Positions 1 through 9,916 of a stretch of DNA of 62,909 nt are shown here, one piece after another. The notes beneath the pieces are model-generated. The model did no database searches. It was not told the DNA's origin and saw only the letters and a list, made by a program, of their open reading frames with translations. The stretch comes from a virus. Taxonomy: Duplodnaviria > Caudoviricetes. Each line of letters starts with the position of its first letter. Within the stretch, counting starts at the first letter, position 1. Made by a program: the position numbers and the translations under genes. Location of the stretch: IMG/VR virus record IMGVR_UViG_3300025645_000072, positions 1 through 62,909 of that record; one strand, 5' to 3'.

Positions 1-156
1 TAGTAAAGTGGGTATTGGAAATAGCGCTCCTCAATCAAAACTACATATAGAAACAGGTAGTGGAGGTACTTACATTCCAAACTCAAATCACGATGATGTG
101 ACTATTGAAGGTAGTGGAAATATTGGATTACAATTATTTAGCCCTAATACTACTTA
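1..156 (+). repeat. Terminal direct repeat, left copy
   Basis: Identical to 62754-62909 except position 127 (A) vs 62880 (G). Confidence 0.95.
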
Positions 157-910
157 CCAGTATATCGCTTTCGGCGATCCTGATAGTGTTAACGCAGGCT
201 ATATAAGGTATCACCACGGAACCAACAAAATGGTGCTTAGAACAAATGGGGGTGATCGGTTGCATATAGACTCTTCTGGTAACGTTGGTATTGGTACTAG
301 CACAACTAGTCCATCGCATAAGCTAGAAGTTAGAGATGGAACTATTAGTGGGGAAATAGCTAAATTTTCTGCAATCGGTGCCACAGTTGTTATTGAATCA
401 TCTACAGCAGGTAATGCCAAGCTGTTTTTAAAACCAAATACTACTGGTTCAAAAAGAGCTGAATTTAGGGTTACAGACGCTAATGATTATGGTTTTTTAT
501 GGACAGCTGACACTAGCACTAATGGAACTGCTTATATGGAATTAGAAGCAAGTTCTACTGGGGGTGGAGATTTAACAGTAAAAGGAGATGTAATAGCTTA
601 CGGTTCGCCTTCTGATAAAAAATATAAAGAAAACATCAAGCCAATTGAAAGCGCTTTAGATAAAGCAATGAAACTTCAAGGTGTTACATTTGATTGGAAA
701 GATAATGATAGTATATTAGAAATAAAAAAAGATATAGGTTTTATAGCTCAAGATGTTCAAGAAGTGTTACCAGAACTAGTTAGAGAAAATAAAAAAGGAA
801 ATTTATCTTTAAGGTATCAAGGAATAACACCTATACTTTTAGAAGCTATAAAAGAACTAAAAGCTGAAATAGAGGAATTAAAGTTAAATAACTGTAATTG
901 TAATAAGTAA
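8..910 (+). CDS. C-terminal part of tail fibre with intramolecular chaperone/peptidase S74 domain (continues ORF from 62113; about 516 aa if circular)
   Basis: GNVGIG repeats; SDKKYKENIKPI...IGFIAQDVQEVLPELV...LLEAIKEL is the S74 autocleavage signature; GTG at 8 corresponds to in-frame codon 62761. Confidence 0.85.
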   Translation: MGIGNSAPQSKLHIETGSGGTYIPNSNHDDVTIEGSGNIGLQLFSPNTTYQYIAFGDPDSVNAGYIRYHHGTNKMVLRTNGGDRLHIDSSGNVGIGTSTTSPSHKLEVRDGTISGEIAKFSAIGATVVIESSTAGNAKLFLKPNTTGSKRAEFRVTDANDYGFLWTADTSTNGTAYMELEASSTGGGDLTVKGDVIAYGSPSDKKYKENIKPIESALDKAMKLQGVTFDWKDNDSILEIKKDIGFIAQDVQEVLPELVRENKKGNLSLRYQGITPILLEAIKELKAEIEELKLNNCNCNK

Positions 911-1356
911 TGGCAATACCAACTTCAGGAGCATTATCTATGGAATCCATAGCGCAAGAGGCTTTATATGGTACTTGGGGATCAGGAACAATCACTGGTC
1001 CAATTTCTATGTACGATATGATAAATGGCGGAAACTCTCACGGTTCTGGTAATTCTTATCCAACTGTAAATACTGGGTGTACGCCAAATCCTGCAGATAG
1101 AGGTACATACAATTCTTTTACTATTTACGGTCCTGGAGGCAGTATTATAACATTATATACAACAGTAGCTTTAACAGCGGTAACAACAGGAACTATTATA
1201 TATAGCAGTGTAAGCGGAGCTATTTATACAGGTGGAGGTGGATTCATAGAAGGACCATCAGGAACAGTTTGGTTTGGAGGCACTTGTAATTGTCCTGCAA
1301 TATCAACAAACACAACAACAGGTGCAGTAACAGGAACTAGCTGTAGCTGCCCATAA
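910..1356 (+). CDS. Tail-fibre-associated structural protein, Gly/Thr-rich with C-terminal Cys cluster
   Basis: Start overlaps the upstream stop; MAIPTSGALSM N-terminus of the kind seen after S74 fibres; ends CNCP...CSCP. Confidence 0.55.
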   Translation: MAIPTSGALSMESIAQEALYGTWGSGTITGPISMYDMINGGNSHGSGNSYPTVNTGCTPNPADRGTYNSFTIYGPGGSIITLYTTVALTAVTTGTIIYSSVSGAIYTGGGGFIEGPSGTVWFGGTCNCPAISTNTTTGAVTGTSCSCP

Positions 1357-1367
1357 AAGTATAAATT

Positions 1368-1685
1368 ATGCCTATAGCTTATCCATATAAATTTTCAGAC
1401 TGGTACGGTTATGATAAAGACTGTACAACAACAACATCGTTTAGTTCTGGCTCAGGGCAAGCAGACGCTAAGTTTATTTGTACTCAAACAGTTAACACAA
1501 CAAAATATCACGATGGCAGCGGCACCAACCCAACTACAGGAGACACTGTTTATGATAATGCTGCGGGAACAACAACAACTGGAAACGGGTATTACACAGT
1601 TGGAAGTGGCTCTAATATATTAGGTTATTATAGAATAACAGGAGGGAGTGGAGTTGTTGCAAGTGTCGGAATATGCTCTCCTTAA
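1368..1685 (+). CDS. Small Cys-containing virion/fibre-associated protein
   Basis: FSDWYGYD motif plus GDTVYD..GT...GNGYY module. Confidence 0.55.
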   Translation: MPIAYPYKFSDWYGYDKDCTTTTSFSSGSGQADAKFICTQTVNTTKYHDGSGTNPTTGDTVYDNAAGTTTTGNGYYTVGSGSNILGYYRITGGSGVVASVGICSP

Positions 1686-1702
1686 TGTATAATTAAAATT
1701 TG

Positions 1703-1710
1703 TATATTTG
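1703..1710 (+). promoter_or_regulatory. Bacteroidota-type -7 promoter box TATATTTG
   Basis: Exact TAnnTTTG in intergenic DNA about 30 nt before ATG 1740. Confidence 0.65.
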
Positions 1711-1739
1711 TACAAATTAATTAATTTAAAAAAAAATCA

Positions 1740-2153
1740 ATGGCAATTATTTATAAATGGGATATCCCACAAATGAACGCTCACATTCAATCAGAAGGAC
1801 AAGATAATGTAATTTACACAGTGCATTACAGATATACTGGCTCTGAAGAGTCTGGAGGTAAAACGTATTCTTCAACAAACATAGGAACGCAAAGCTATAC
1901 GTATGTAGCAGGCGAGCCTTTTGTACCTTACGAAGATACAGAAGCTTTTGAGAACGTAGTTATCGGATGGTTAGAGGGATCATTGGATATTCCTGCAATT
2001 CAAGCTAATATATCTGCAAGTATAGAGTCTCAAATTACACCAGTAAATGAAGATTTGTATTTTACTTGGATGAATCCACAACCGCCTACCCCTCCTCCTG
2101 CTCCACCAGAGCCAGAAGCAGAAGAAGAAGCAGAAGTTGTTGACGATGAGTAA
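1740..2153 (+). CDS. Hypothetical phage protein, probably tail-associated; Pro-rich/acidic C-terminus
   Basis: ORF with A-rich start context next to fibre genes. Confidence 0.6.
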   Translation: MAIIYKWDIPQMNAHIQSEGQDNVIYTVHYRYTGSEESGGKTYSSTNIGTQSYTYVAGEPFVPYEDTEAFENVVIGWLEGSLDIPAIQANISASIESQITPVNEDLYFTWMNPQPPTPPPAPPEPEAEEEAEVVDDE

Positions 2154-2164
2154 ATAATATTTAT

Positions 2165-2172
2165 TATATTTG
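2165..2172 (+). promoter_or_regulatory. Bacteroidota-type -7 promoter box TATATTTG
   Basis: Exact TAnnTTTG, intergenic, about 30 nt before ATG 2202. Confidence 0.65.
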
Positions 2173-2201
2173 TATATAAATTTAATCTAAAATAATCTAA
2201 A

Positions 2202-2459
2202 ATGTCAAAAAACTTAACAAAAGAAGAGTTAGAAAATTTACAAGCTCTTAATCAAGAATTTACTCAAGTAAAATTAAAATTAGCTGATTCAGTTTATCAA
2301 CAAGTTTTGTTTACTAAAGATTTGGACTCTATAAGAGAAAAATTTTCTTCAGTAGAAAAAGAATTAGCAGACAAGTACGGAGCTAATTCAGTAATTGATT
2401 TAGCAACTGGGTTAGTAAAAGATGCTGAAGAAGTAAAAAAAGAAAACAATAAAGAGTAA
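2202..2459 (+). CDS. Small coiled-coil hypothetical protein
   Basis: Heptad-like Leu/Glu/Lys pattern. Confidence 0.65.
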   Translation: MSKNLTKEELENLQALNQEFTQVKLKLADSVYQQVLFTKDLDSIREKFSSVEKELADKYGANSVIDLATGLVKDAEEVKKENNKE

Positions 2460-2471
2460 ATAATAATATTT

Positions 2472-2984
2472 ATGGCAAGAATTAGCAACACATCATCATA
2501 TCCAATAATAGCTCCAGATGGTGCCGATTATTTTATATTGACTGATGCTGAAAATGACAACGCAACAAAAAACTGTTCTATAAGTAACCTACAATCTTAT
2601 TTAGGTGTAGATACAGTTAAAGTTAGTGTATCGGTTTCAGCAGCTAATTTGCAAGTGTTATCTACTCCATATACTATTGTAGCCTCACCTGGTGCGGGTT
2701 ATACTTATGATATTACAAATGTTTCTGTTTTTATGGATTTTAATTCGGTAGTATTTGACTTTTCGTCTGATGCTAGTTTAAAAATAGGATCTTATGTTGC
2801 TGGTACAATACCTCAATCAATATTAAATTCAGCATCAGATATAGTATATAAAATTCAGCCTGTTAGCGGTATATTAGCTGCTGACACACCGATAACCTTA
2901 TCAGGTGGAAATGCTACAACTGGAGACGGTACTCTTTACATAAATATTACTTACAGAAAATTAAAATTAGACTCTACTTTTTAA
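2472..2984 (+). CDS. Putative virion structural protein
   Basis: Beta-rich; N-terminal MARI..Y...D...D...ATKN module shared with ORF 52013. Confidence 0.5.
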   Translation: MARISNTSSYPIIAPDGADYFILTDAENDNATKNCSISNLQSYLGVDTVKVSVSVSAANLQVLSTPYTIVASPGAGYTYDITNVSVFMDFNSVVFDFSSDASLKIGSYVAGTIPQSILNSASDIVYKIQPVSGILAADTPITLSGGNATTGDGTLYINITYRKLKLDSTF

Positions 2985-2988
2985 TTAA

Positions 2989-3213
2989 ATGGACATAAGG
3001 AAAATTTCTATAGGGGCAGACTATAAGTCTAGTGCTATGCATTATATAGCTGGACAGGAAGTTCTTGGAGGAAATTATAAAATCCATTTAATACAAAAAG
3101 ATGTTAACTTAGATTCTTATAAAATCTGGATTGAAAAATCTAATGAGATTTTATTATGGAAAGAATTTAATTCTAATATTCCAATTTCAATCGAATATAA
3201 TATAAATTTCTAA
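2989..3213 (+). CDS. Conserved phage hypothetical protein
   Basis: ORF translationally coupled to the next gene (TAATG). Confidence 0.65.
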   Translation: MDIRKISIGADYKSSAMHYIAGQEVLGGNYKIHLIQKDVNLDSYKIWIEKSNEILLWKEFNSNIPISIEYNINF

Positions 3214-3776
3214 TGAAGTCACCTTTTTATTTCATTGTAGAACCACACAATGGAAGAAGGTATGATAATATTAAAAAGATAGGGGATATGAACTTAATAA
3301 TGAGTTCGTCCAAAGAAGATCATACCGTTTCCAATAGGTTTGCAAAAGTTATTAGTACCCCCATAAACTACAAGGGAGAAATTATTCCAGGAGATATTTT
3401 ACTGGTTCATCATAATGTTTTTAAATTTTATAATGATATAAAAGGTCGTCAAAAAAGCGGTAAAAGTTTTTTTAAAGACAATTTATTTTTTATAGAAGAA
3501 GATCAATTTTTTATGTTCAAACATAAAAATAAATGGAAATGTCATTCTAAATATGTAATGATTAAACCAATATTAAAAAAAGATTCTTATATTAAAGGTT
3601 CTAATACAGAAGAACCACTAACTGGTATTATAAAATATATAAATTCTGAACTATTAGAAAAAGGATTAAAAGAAGGTGACACTGTATGTTTTGAGCCTGA
3701 AAGCGAATATCCTTTTATTGTAGAAGAAGAAAAATTATACAGAATGTTTACCAACAATATAGTGATGGTTTTATAG
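3213..3776 (+). CDS. GroES-like co-chaperonin with two tandem GroES-like halves
   Basis: Two halves each with a beta-rich GroES-like pattern (FIVEP..AKVISTP..IIPGDILLV; VMIKP..TGIIKY..LKEGDTVCF..LYRM). Confidence 0.5.
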   Translation: MKSPFYFIVEPHNGRRYDNIKKIGDMNLIMSSSKEDHTVSNRFAKVISTPINYKGEIIPGDILLVHHNVFKFYNDIKGRQKSGKSFFKDNLFFIEEDQFFMFKHKNKWKCHSKYVMIKPILKKDSYIKGSNTEEPLTGIIKYINSELLEKGLKEGDTVCFEPESEYPFIVEEEKLYRMFTNNIVMVL

Positions 3777-3777
3777 T

Positions 3778-4053
3778 ATGGATGTTAAAGAAATAAAATT
3801 ACAAATAATAAAAGCAGGTGAAAAAGCTGTTATGCAACTTATAAAGGTTGCTGAAGAACATATTATTAAATACGGAGAAGATGATGAGTTAGCTGCTGAT
3901 AAATTAAAAAATGCAGCAGCCACAAAAAAGCTAGCAATATTTGATGCTTTTGAAATATTAACTAGAATAGAGGAAGAAAAAAACTTAATAGAAGGAATAA
4001 GTAAACCAAGTAATAATACATCTCAAGGATTTGCAGAAAGAAGATCAAAATAG
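3778..4053 (+). CDS. Putative terminase small subunit
   Basis: Small helical protein overlapping the start of the large terminase; assignment by position. Confidence 0.4.
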   Translation: MDVKEIKLQIIKAGEKAVMQLIKVAEEHIIKYGEDDELAADKLKNAAATKKLAIFDAFEILTRIEEEKNLIEGISKPSNNTSQGFAERRSK

Positions 4054-6277
4054 CTTATATGTAAATTTACCTAACTACATACCAAAAAGTATTGTTACAA
4101 ATAAAAACAAAGCTAAAAACTGGGAGTATGGGTACAATGAAAAATATAATGTTATTGTTATATCTAAAAATGGAAAAATAGGAGATGTTATTTCTATAAA
4201 CGGACTGGCAATTGCCTTGCCTGAAAAACCAAAGAAAATATATAAAAGGTCTGAAACTAAATCAGAACAATACTGGGAGTCTTTTAACGTTCCTTCTTTG
4301 CTAAAAAAAATACCAACAATATTTCAATGGAATCAAACCTCACCTAATTTTAAAAATCAGTGGGTAGAATATATTGAGTCGGAGTTTGATAAAAGAGATG
4401 AAGGTTTTTGGTTTATGAATAATGGTAAACCTACTTATATTACTGGCTCTCATTATATGTACTTGCAGTGGACTAAAATTGATATTGGATTACCAGATTT
4501 TAGGGAAGCAAATAGAATTTTTTATATTTATTGGGAAGCCTGTAAAGCAGACAAAAGAAGTTTTGGCATATGTTATTTAAAAATTAGACGTTCTGGATTC
4601 TCATATATGGGTAGTGAAGAATGTGCTAATATAGCTACAATATCTAAAGATTCTAGAATAGGTATTTTATCTAAAACAGGAGCTGATGCAAAAAAAATGT
4701 TTACAGATAAAGTGGTCCCTATATCTAACAATTATCCTTTCTTTTTTAAACCAGTGCAAGATGGTATGGACAAGCCTAAAACAGAATTAGCTTATCGTGT
4801 ACCAGCCTCTAAGATTACTAAAAAAAATATGTATGAAGAGGATGAAAAACAAATAGAAGGATTAGATACAACTATTGACTGGAAAAATACAGGAGATAAC
4901 TCTTATGATGGTGAAAAATTAAAACTACTTGTTCACGATGAAAGTGGTAAGTGGGAAAAACCAAGTAATATTTTAAATAACTGGAGGGTAACAAAAACTT
5001 GTTTACGATTAGGTAGCAAGATTATAGGAAAGTGTATGATGGGATCTACATCTAACGCATTAGATAAAGGTGGTAACAACTTTAAAAAACTATATAACGA
5101 TTCTTCAACAAATCAAAGAAACTCAAATGGTCAAACTAAAAGCGGGTTATATTCACTTTTTGTCCCAATGGAGTATAATATGGAGGGGTTTATAGATATA
5201 TATGGTATGCCAGTTTTAGAAAACCCAAAATTACCCAAGCTGGGTATTGATGGGGAAATGATTACTAAAGGTGCTATTACCTATTGGCAGAATGAGGTAG
5301 ACTCTTTAAAAAATGATGCAGATGCGTTAAATGAATTTTATAGACAATTTCCAAGAACAGAGTCACACGCATTTAGAGATGAAAGTAAACAGTCTTTGTT
5401 TAACTTAACAAAAATATATCAGCAAATAGATTACAATGATTCTTTAATAAAAGACAGATTTTTAACTAGAGGTAATTTTAGTTGGAAGAATGGAATTAAA
5501 GATGGAGAAGTTTTATGGAGTCCAGATACTAGAGGTAGGTTTTTAATTTCTTGGACGCCTAAAAAACAATTGCAAAATAATAGTTATATTAAGAACGGCA
5601 GAAAATACCCAGGTAATGATCATATAGGTGCATTTGGTTGTGATAGTTATGACATATCAGGAACTGTAGGTGGTGGAGGATCTAATGGCGCTCTTCACGG
5701 AGTTACTAGGTTTAATATGGATGATGCTCCTAGTAATGAGTTTTTTTTAGAATATGTGGCTCGTCCTCAAACTGCTGAAATTTTTTTTGAAGAAGTATTA
5801 ATGGCTTGTGTTTTTTATGGTATGCCTATTTTAGTTGAAAATAATAAACCTAGATTATTATATCATTTTAAAAATAGAGGTTATAGAGGCTATAGTATTA
5901 ATAGACCTGATAAAGCATATAATAAATTATCTAGAACTGAAAAAGAACTAGGAGGTATACCAAATTCAAGCGAAGATGTTAAACAATCTCACGCTGCGTC
6001 TATAGAGTCTTACATAGAAAAATATGTAGGAATTGATTTTAGTGGAGATTATAGAGACCCTGATTTAATTGGAAATATGTATTTTAGTCGTACTTTAGAG
6101 GATTGGGCAAGGTTTGATATTAACAATAGAACTAAGTTTGATGCAACTATTAGTTCTGGGTTAGCATTAATGGCTATACAAAAGCATTTGTATCAAGCCG
6201 TTAAAAAAGAGTCAAAAATAAAGTTTAACTTTGCAAGATATGACAATAAGGGAAGTTACAGCAAAATTATAAGGTAA
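4031..6277 (+). CDS. terL: Terminase large subunit
   Basis: Walker A-like KIRRSGFS, Walker B LLVHDESGKW, MGST coupling motif, RNase H-like GCDSYD and ILVENNK; TTG start is uncertain. Confidence 0.9.
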   Translation: MQKEDQNSLYVNLPNYIPKSIVTNKNKAKNWEYGYNEKYNVIVISKNGKIGDVISINGLAIALPEKPKKIYKRSETKSEQYWESFNVPSLLKKIPTIFQWNQTSPNFKNQWVEYIESEFDKRDEGFWFMNNGKPTYITGSHYMYLQWTKIDIGLPDFREANRIFYIYWEACKADKRSFGICYLKIRRSGFSYMGSEECANIATISKDSRIGILSKTGADAKKMFTDKVVPISNNYPFFFKPVQDGMDKPKTELAYRVPASKITKKNMYEEDEKQIEGLDTTIDWKNTGDNSYDGEKLKLLVHDESGKWEKPSNILNNWRVTKTCLRLGSKIIGKCMMGSTSNALDKGGNNFKKLYNDSSTNQRNSNGQTKSGLYSLFVPMEYNMEGFIDIYGMPVLENPKLPKLGIDGEMITKGAITYWQNEVDSLKNDADALNEFYRQFPRTESHAFRDESKQSLFNLTKIYQQIDYNDSLIKDRFLTRGNFSWKNGIKDGEVLWSPDTRGRFLISWTPKKQLQNNSYIKNGRKYPGNDHIGAFGCDSYDISGTVGGGGSNGALHGVTRFNMDDAPSNEFFLEYVARPQTAEIFFEEVLMACVFYGMPILVENNKPRLLYHFKNRGYRGYSINRPDKAYNKLSRTEKELGGIPNSSEDVKQSHAASIESYIEKYVGIDFSGDYRDPDLIGNMYFSRTLEDWARFDINNRTKFDATISSGLALMAIQKHLYQAVKKESKIKFNFARYDNKGSYSKIIR

Positions 6278-8713
6278 ATGCAAGATGTAAAAATAGACAT
6301 TAATCCTATGGGTTTTCCAAGTCAGTTCGTTTCTGATTCAACAAAGAAAACTCTAGAGTTTGGATTACAAATAGGGCAAGCCATACAGTACGAGTGGTTT
6401 AGAAAAGACGGAAACACAAATAGATTTTATAATCAATGGGGTGACTTTCATAGACTAAGACTTTATGCTAGAGGCGAACAGTCTGTATCTAAGTATAAAA
6501 ACGAATTAGCAGTAGATGGTGATTTAAGTTACTTAAACCTTGACTGGACTCCTGTACCTATAATACCAAAGTTTGTAGATATTGTTGTTAATGGAATGTC
6601 AGATAGGATATTTCAAGTAAAAGCATATGCACAAGATGCTATGTCTATGGATAGAAGAAATGAGTATCAGCGTATGATAGCTGCTGATATGGCTTCTAAA
6701 GAATTAATTACTCAAGTAAATAAAGATTTTGATGTTAATGCTTTTTCTAGTAATGTAGATGAGCTACCTAACGATAGTGAGGAGCTAGCTTTACATATGC
6801 AGATGAAGTATAAGCCATCAATAGAAATAGCAGAAGAAGAAGCTATAAATACTGTATTCGAAGAAAATAGGTATTTAGAAATTAAAAGACGTTTAGATTA
6901 CGATCAAACAGTTTTAGGTATATCTGTAGCTAGACATTCTTTTTTACCTGGTGATGGAATAAAGATAGATTATGTTGATCCAGCTAATTTAGTTTATAGC
7001 TATACTGAAGATCCTCATTTTAAAGATTGTTTTTATTGGGGTGAAATTAAAACACTACCAATAATTGAGTTAAAGAAAATAGATCCAACTCTTACTAAAG
7101 AGGATATGGAAGAAATTTCTAAATACAGTCAAAGCTGGTATGATTATCACAATACATCTCAGTTTTATAATAATAGCTTATTTAGTAAAGATAGTGCTAC
7201 TGTTTTGTTTTTTAATTACAAAACCACAAACACATTTACTTACAAAAAGAAAATTAATAATGTAGGTGCTGAAAAGGTTATTGAAAAAACAGATGATTTT
7301 AATCCTTCTGTTGAAATGATGGAAGAGGGGAAATTTAAAAAAGTTTCAAAAACTATTGATGTATGGTATGAGGGAGTTATGATTATGGGAACTAACATTA
7401 TGCTAAAGTGGGAGATGGCAGAAAATATGGCACGACCACAATCAGCTAGTCAAAATGTATATCCAGAATATATAGCTTGCGCTCCTAGAATGTATAAAGG
7501 TGTTGTTGAATCTTTAGTAAGACGTATGATTACGTTTGCTGATTTGATTCAGATTACACATTTAAAATTACAACAAGTATTATCTAAGGTTGTCCCTGAT
7601 GGTGTTTTTATAGATGCTGATGGATTAAACGAAGTTGACCTTGGTAATGGAGCTGCTTATAATCCAGAGGATGCATTGAGAATGTATTTTCAAACAGGTT
7701 CTGTTATAGGTAGGAGCTATACTCAAGATGGAGATTATAATCAAGCTAAAGTTCCAATTCAACAATTAACAGCTAGTTCTGGTCAATCTAAAATACAAAG
7801 TTTAATAGGTACATATAACCATTATTTAAATATGATGAGAGATGTTTCAGGATTAAATGAAGCTAGAGACGGATCCTTACCAGATGAAAACTCATTAGTA
7901 GGATTACAGAAAATGGCTGCATTAAATAGTAATACAGCTACAAGACATATTTTGCAAGCAGGTTTAAGTATTACTCAAAATTTAGCAACTGCATTATCAT
8001 CAAGAATAGCTGATGTTTTAGAATATGCTGACTTTAGAGAAGAATTCATAAATCAAATTGGTAAATACAATGTATCTGTATTAAATGAAATAACAAATTT
8101 ATATTTAAGTGATTTTGGTATTTTTATAGAGGTAACTCCTGATGAAGAAGAAAAGGCTATGTTGGAAAAAAATATTCAAATGGCATTACAAAGAGACTCT
8201 ATAAATTTAGAAGATGCAATTGATATTAGGGAAATTAAAAATTTAAAGGTTGCAAATCAAGTTCTTAAATTAAAAAGAAAAAGAAAACAAGAAGCTGAAG
8301 AAAAAGCAAAAGCAGCTGCAGCTCAACAACAAGCTCAAATAAATCAACAATCTCAGCAAATGGCAGCACAAGCAGCTATGCAAAAACTGCAAGCAGAGAC
8401 TCAAGCAAAAGTTCAGTTACAGCAAAGTGATATGCAGTTCCAAGTACAAAAAATGCAAGGAGAAGCTTCTATTAAGTCAGAGTTAATGAAATTAGAGTTT
8501 GACTTACAGATGAAACTTAAAGGAGTTGAGGTCGAAGCAATGTCTAAAAGAGAGGATCAAAGAGAAACTGCAAAAGCTGAGAGAATAAGTCAAGCAAATA
8601 CTGAACAATCAAAATTAATACAACAACGTAAAAATAATTTAGCTCCAGTTAATTTCGAATCTAAGGAAGATAGCTTAGATGGTTTTGATTTAGCGGAGTT
8701 TGAACCAAGATAA
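6278..8713 (+). CDS. Portal protein
   Basis: 811 aa directly after terminase; PIIPKFVDIVVNGM motif; Gln/Ala-rich C-terminal coiled coil. Confidence 0.85.
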   Translation: MQDVKIDINPMGFPSQFVSDSTKKTLEFGLQIGQAIQYEWFRKDGNTNRFYNQWGDFHRLRLYARGEQSVSKYKNELAVDGDLSYLNLDWTPVPIIPKFVDIVVNGMSDRIFQVKAYAQDAMSMDRRNEYQRMIAADMASKELITQVNKDFDVNAFSSNVDELPNDSEELALHMQMKYKPSIEIAEEEAINTVFEENRYLEIKRRLDYDQTVLGISVARHSFLPGDGIKIDYVDPANLVYSYTEDPHFKDCFYWGEIKTLPIIELKKIDPTLTKEDMEEISKYSQSWYDYHNTSQFYNNSLFSKDSATVLFFNYKTTNTFTYKKKINNVGAEKVIEKTDDFNPSVEMMEEGKFKKVSKTIDVWYEGVMIMGTNIMLKWEMAENMARPQSASQNVYPEYIACAPRMYKGVVESLVRRMITFADLIQITHLKLQQVLSKVVPDGVFIDADGLNEVDLGNGAAYNPEDALRMYFQTGSVIGRSYTQDGDYNQAKVPIQQLTASSGQSKIQSLIGTYNHYLNMMRDVSGLNEARDGSLPDENSLVGLQKMAALNSNTATRHILQAGLSITQNLATALSSRIADVLEYADFREEFINQIGKYNVSVLNEITNLYLSDFGIFIEVTPDEEEKAMLEKNIQMALQRDSINLEDAIDIREIKNLKVANQVLKLKRKRKQEAEEKAKAAAAQQQAQINQQSQQMAAQAAMQKLQAETQAKVQLQQSDMQFQVQKMQGEASIKSELMKLEFDLQMKLKGVEVEAMSKREDQRETAKAERISQANTEQSKLIQQRKNNLAPVNFESKEDSLDGFDLAEFEPR

Positions 8714-8764
8714 ATATTAAAAAATATATTTAAATAAATGTTAACTTTACAAAAATAAAATCAA

Positions 8765-9898
8765 ATGGAATTCAAACAAGTAAAAGAGGTTTCTCCTATA
8801 GAAGAGAAATCAACACAAGAAGTTGAACAGAATCTTTTAGATAAACACGAAGAAAGTTTAAAAGTATCTGATGTCAATGAAAATGTTTCAGAAATAAGTA
8901 ATACTGTAAAAGAAACAACAATAGAAGAAAATAAGGCAGAACAGGATATTGCTGATTTGCCAGAAATAAAAGACGAGGATGTACTTTCTTATATTAAAGA
9001 AAGATATAATAAAGATATTTCTTCAGTAGATGAATTGTTTTCTGAACAAGAAAAAAACAGTCCATTACCTGATGAGGTTTCTAAGTATCTAGATTTTAAA
9101 AAAGAAACAGGTAGAGGATTTGAAGATTTTATTAAAGCCAATAAAAGCTATGATAATTTAGAAGATGATCAAATATTAAAAGAGTATTACTCATTAACTG
9201 AATCAGATTTAGATTCTGAAGATATTCAATATCTTATGGAAGATAAGTTTGGATATGATGAAGAAGTGGATGATGATAGAGATATAAAGAAAAAAAATAT
9301 ATCTAAAAAAAGAGAACTTGCAATAGCTAAGAAATATTTAAGTAAGCTATCGGAAACATATAAAACTCCTCTTGAGTCAAGTGGGGGTTCGTATTCGGAA
9401 GAACAACTTAAAGAAATCAATGCTTACAAGGAATATGTTCAAAAGGCTCAAACTGAAGTAGAGTCCAACAAAAGAAAGTCTGAGTACTTTCAGAAAAAAA
9501 CAGATGAGGTTTTTAACTCCGAGTTCAAAGGTTTTGAGTTCAAGGTTGGAGATAAAAATGTAATTTATTCATCTGGTGATGCAAATGAGATTAAGTCAAA
9601 ACAAGTCAATGTACAGAGTTTTATAAATCAGTACATAGGTGAAGATGGTTTAGTTAATGATGCACAAGGTTGGCACAAAGCATTAAACGCAGCAATGAAC
9701 CCAGACAAACTAGCTCAGTATTTTTATGAGCAAGGCAAGGCAGATGCCATAGGTGATGTTTCGAAAAAAAGTAAAAACATCAATATGAGCTTGAGGCAAA
9801 CACCTCAATCGTCTCCACAGCAAGGGTTTCAAGCAAGAGCGGTTAATACAGACTCAGGAAGAGGTTTGCGAATAAGGAGTAAAAACAAAAATAATTAA
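8765..9898 (+). CDS. Putative capsid scaffolding protein
   Basis: Highly acidic helical protein between portal and capsid genes. Confidence 0.6.
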   Translation: MEFKQVKEVSPIEEKSTQEVEQNLLDKHEESLKVSDVNENVSEISNTVKETTIEENKAEQDIADLPEIKDEDVLSYIKERYNKDISSVDELFSEQEKNSPLPDEVSKYLDFKKETGRGFEDFIKANKSYDNLEDDQILKEYYSLTESDLDSEDIQYLMEDKFGYDEEVDDDRDIKKKNISKKRELAIAKKYLSKLSETYKTPLESSGGSYSEEQLKEINAYKEYVQKAQTEVESNKRKSEYFQKKTDEVFNSEFKGFEFKVGDKNVIYSSGDANEIKSKQVNVQSFINQYIGEDGLVNDAQGWHKALNAAMNPDKLAQYFYEQGKADAIGDVSKKSKNINMSLRQTPQSSPQQGFQARAVNTDSGRGLRIRSKNKNN

Positions 9899-9916
9899 CA
9901 ATTAAAAAATTTTAAA

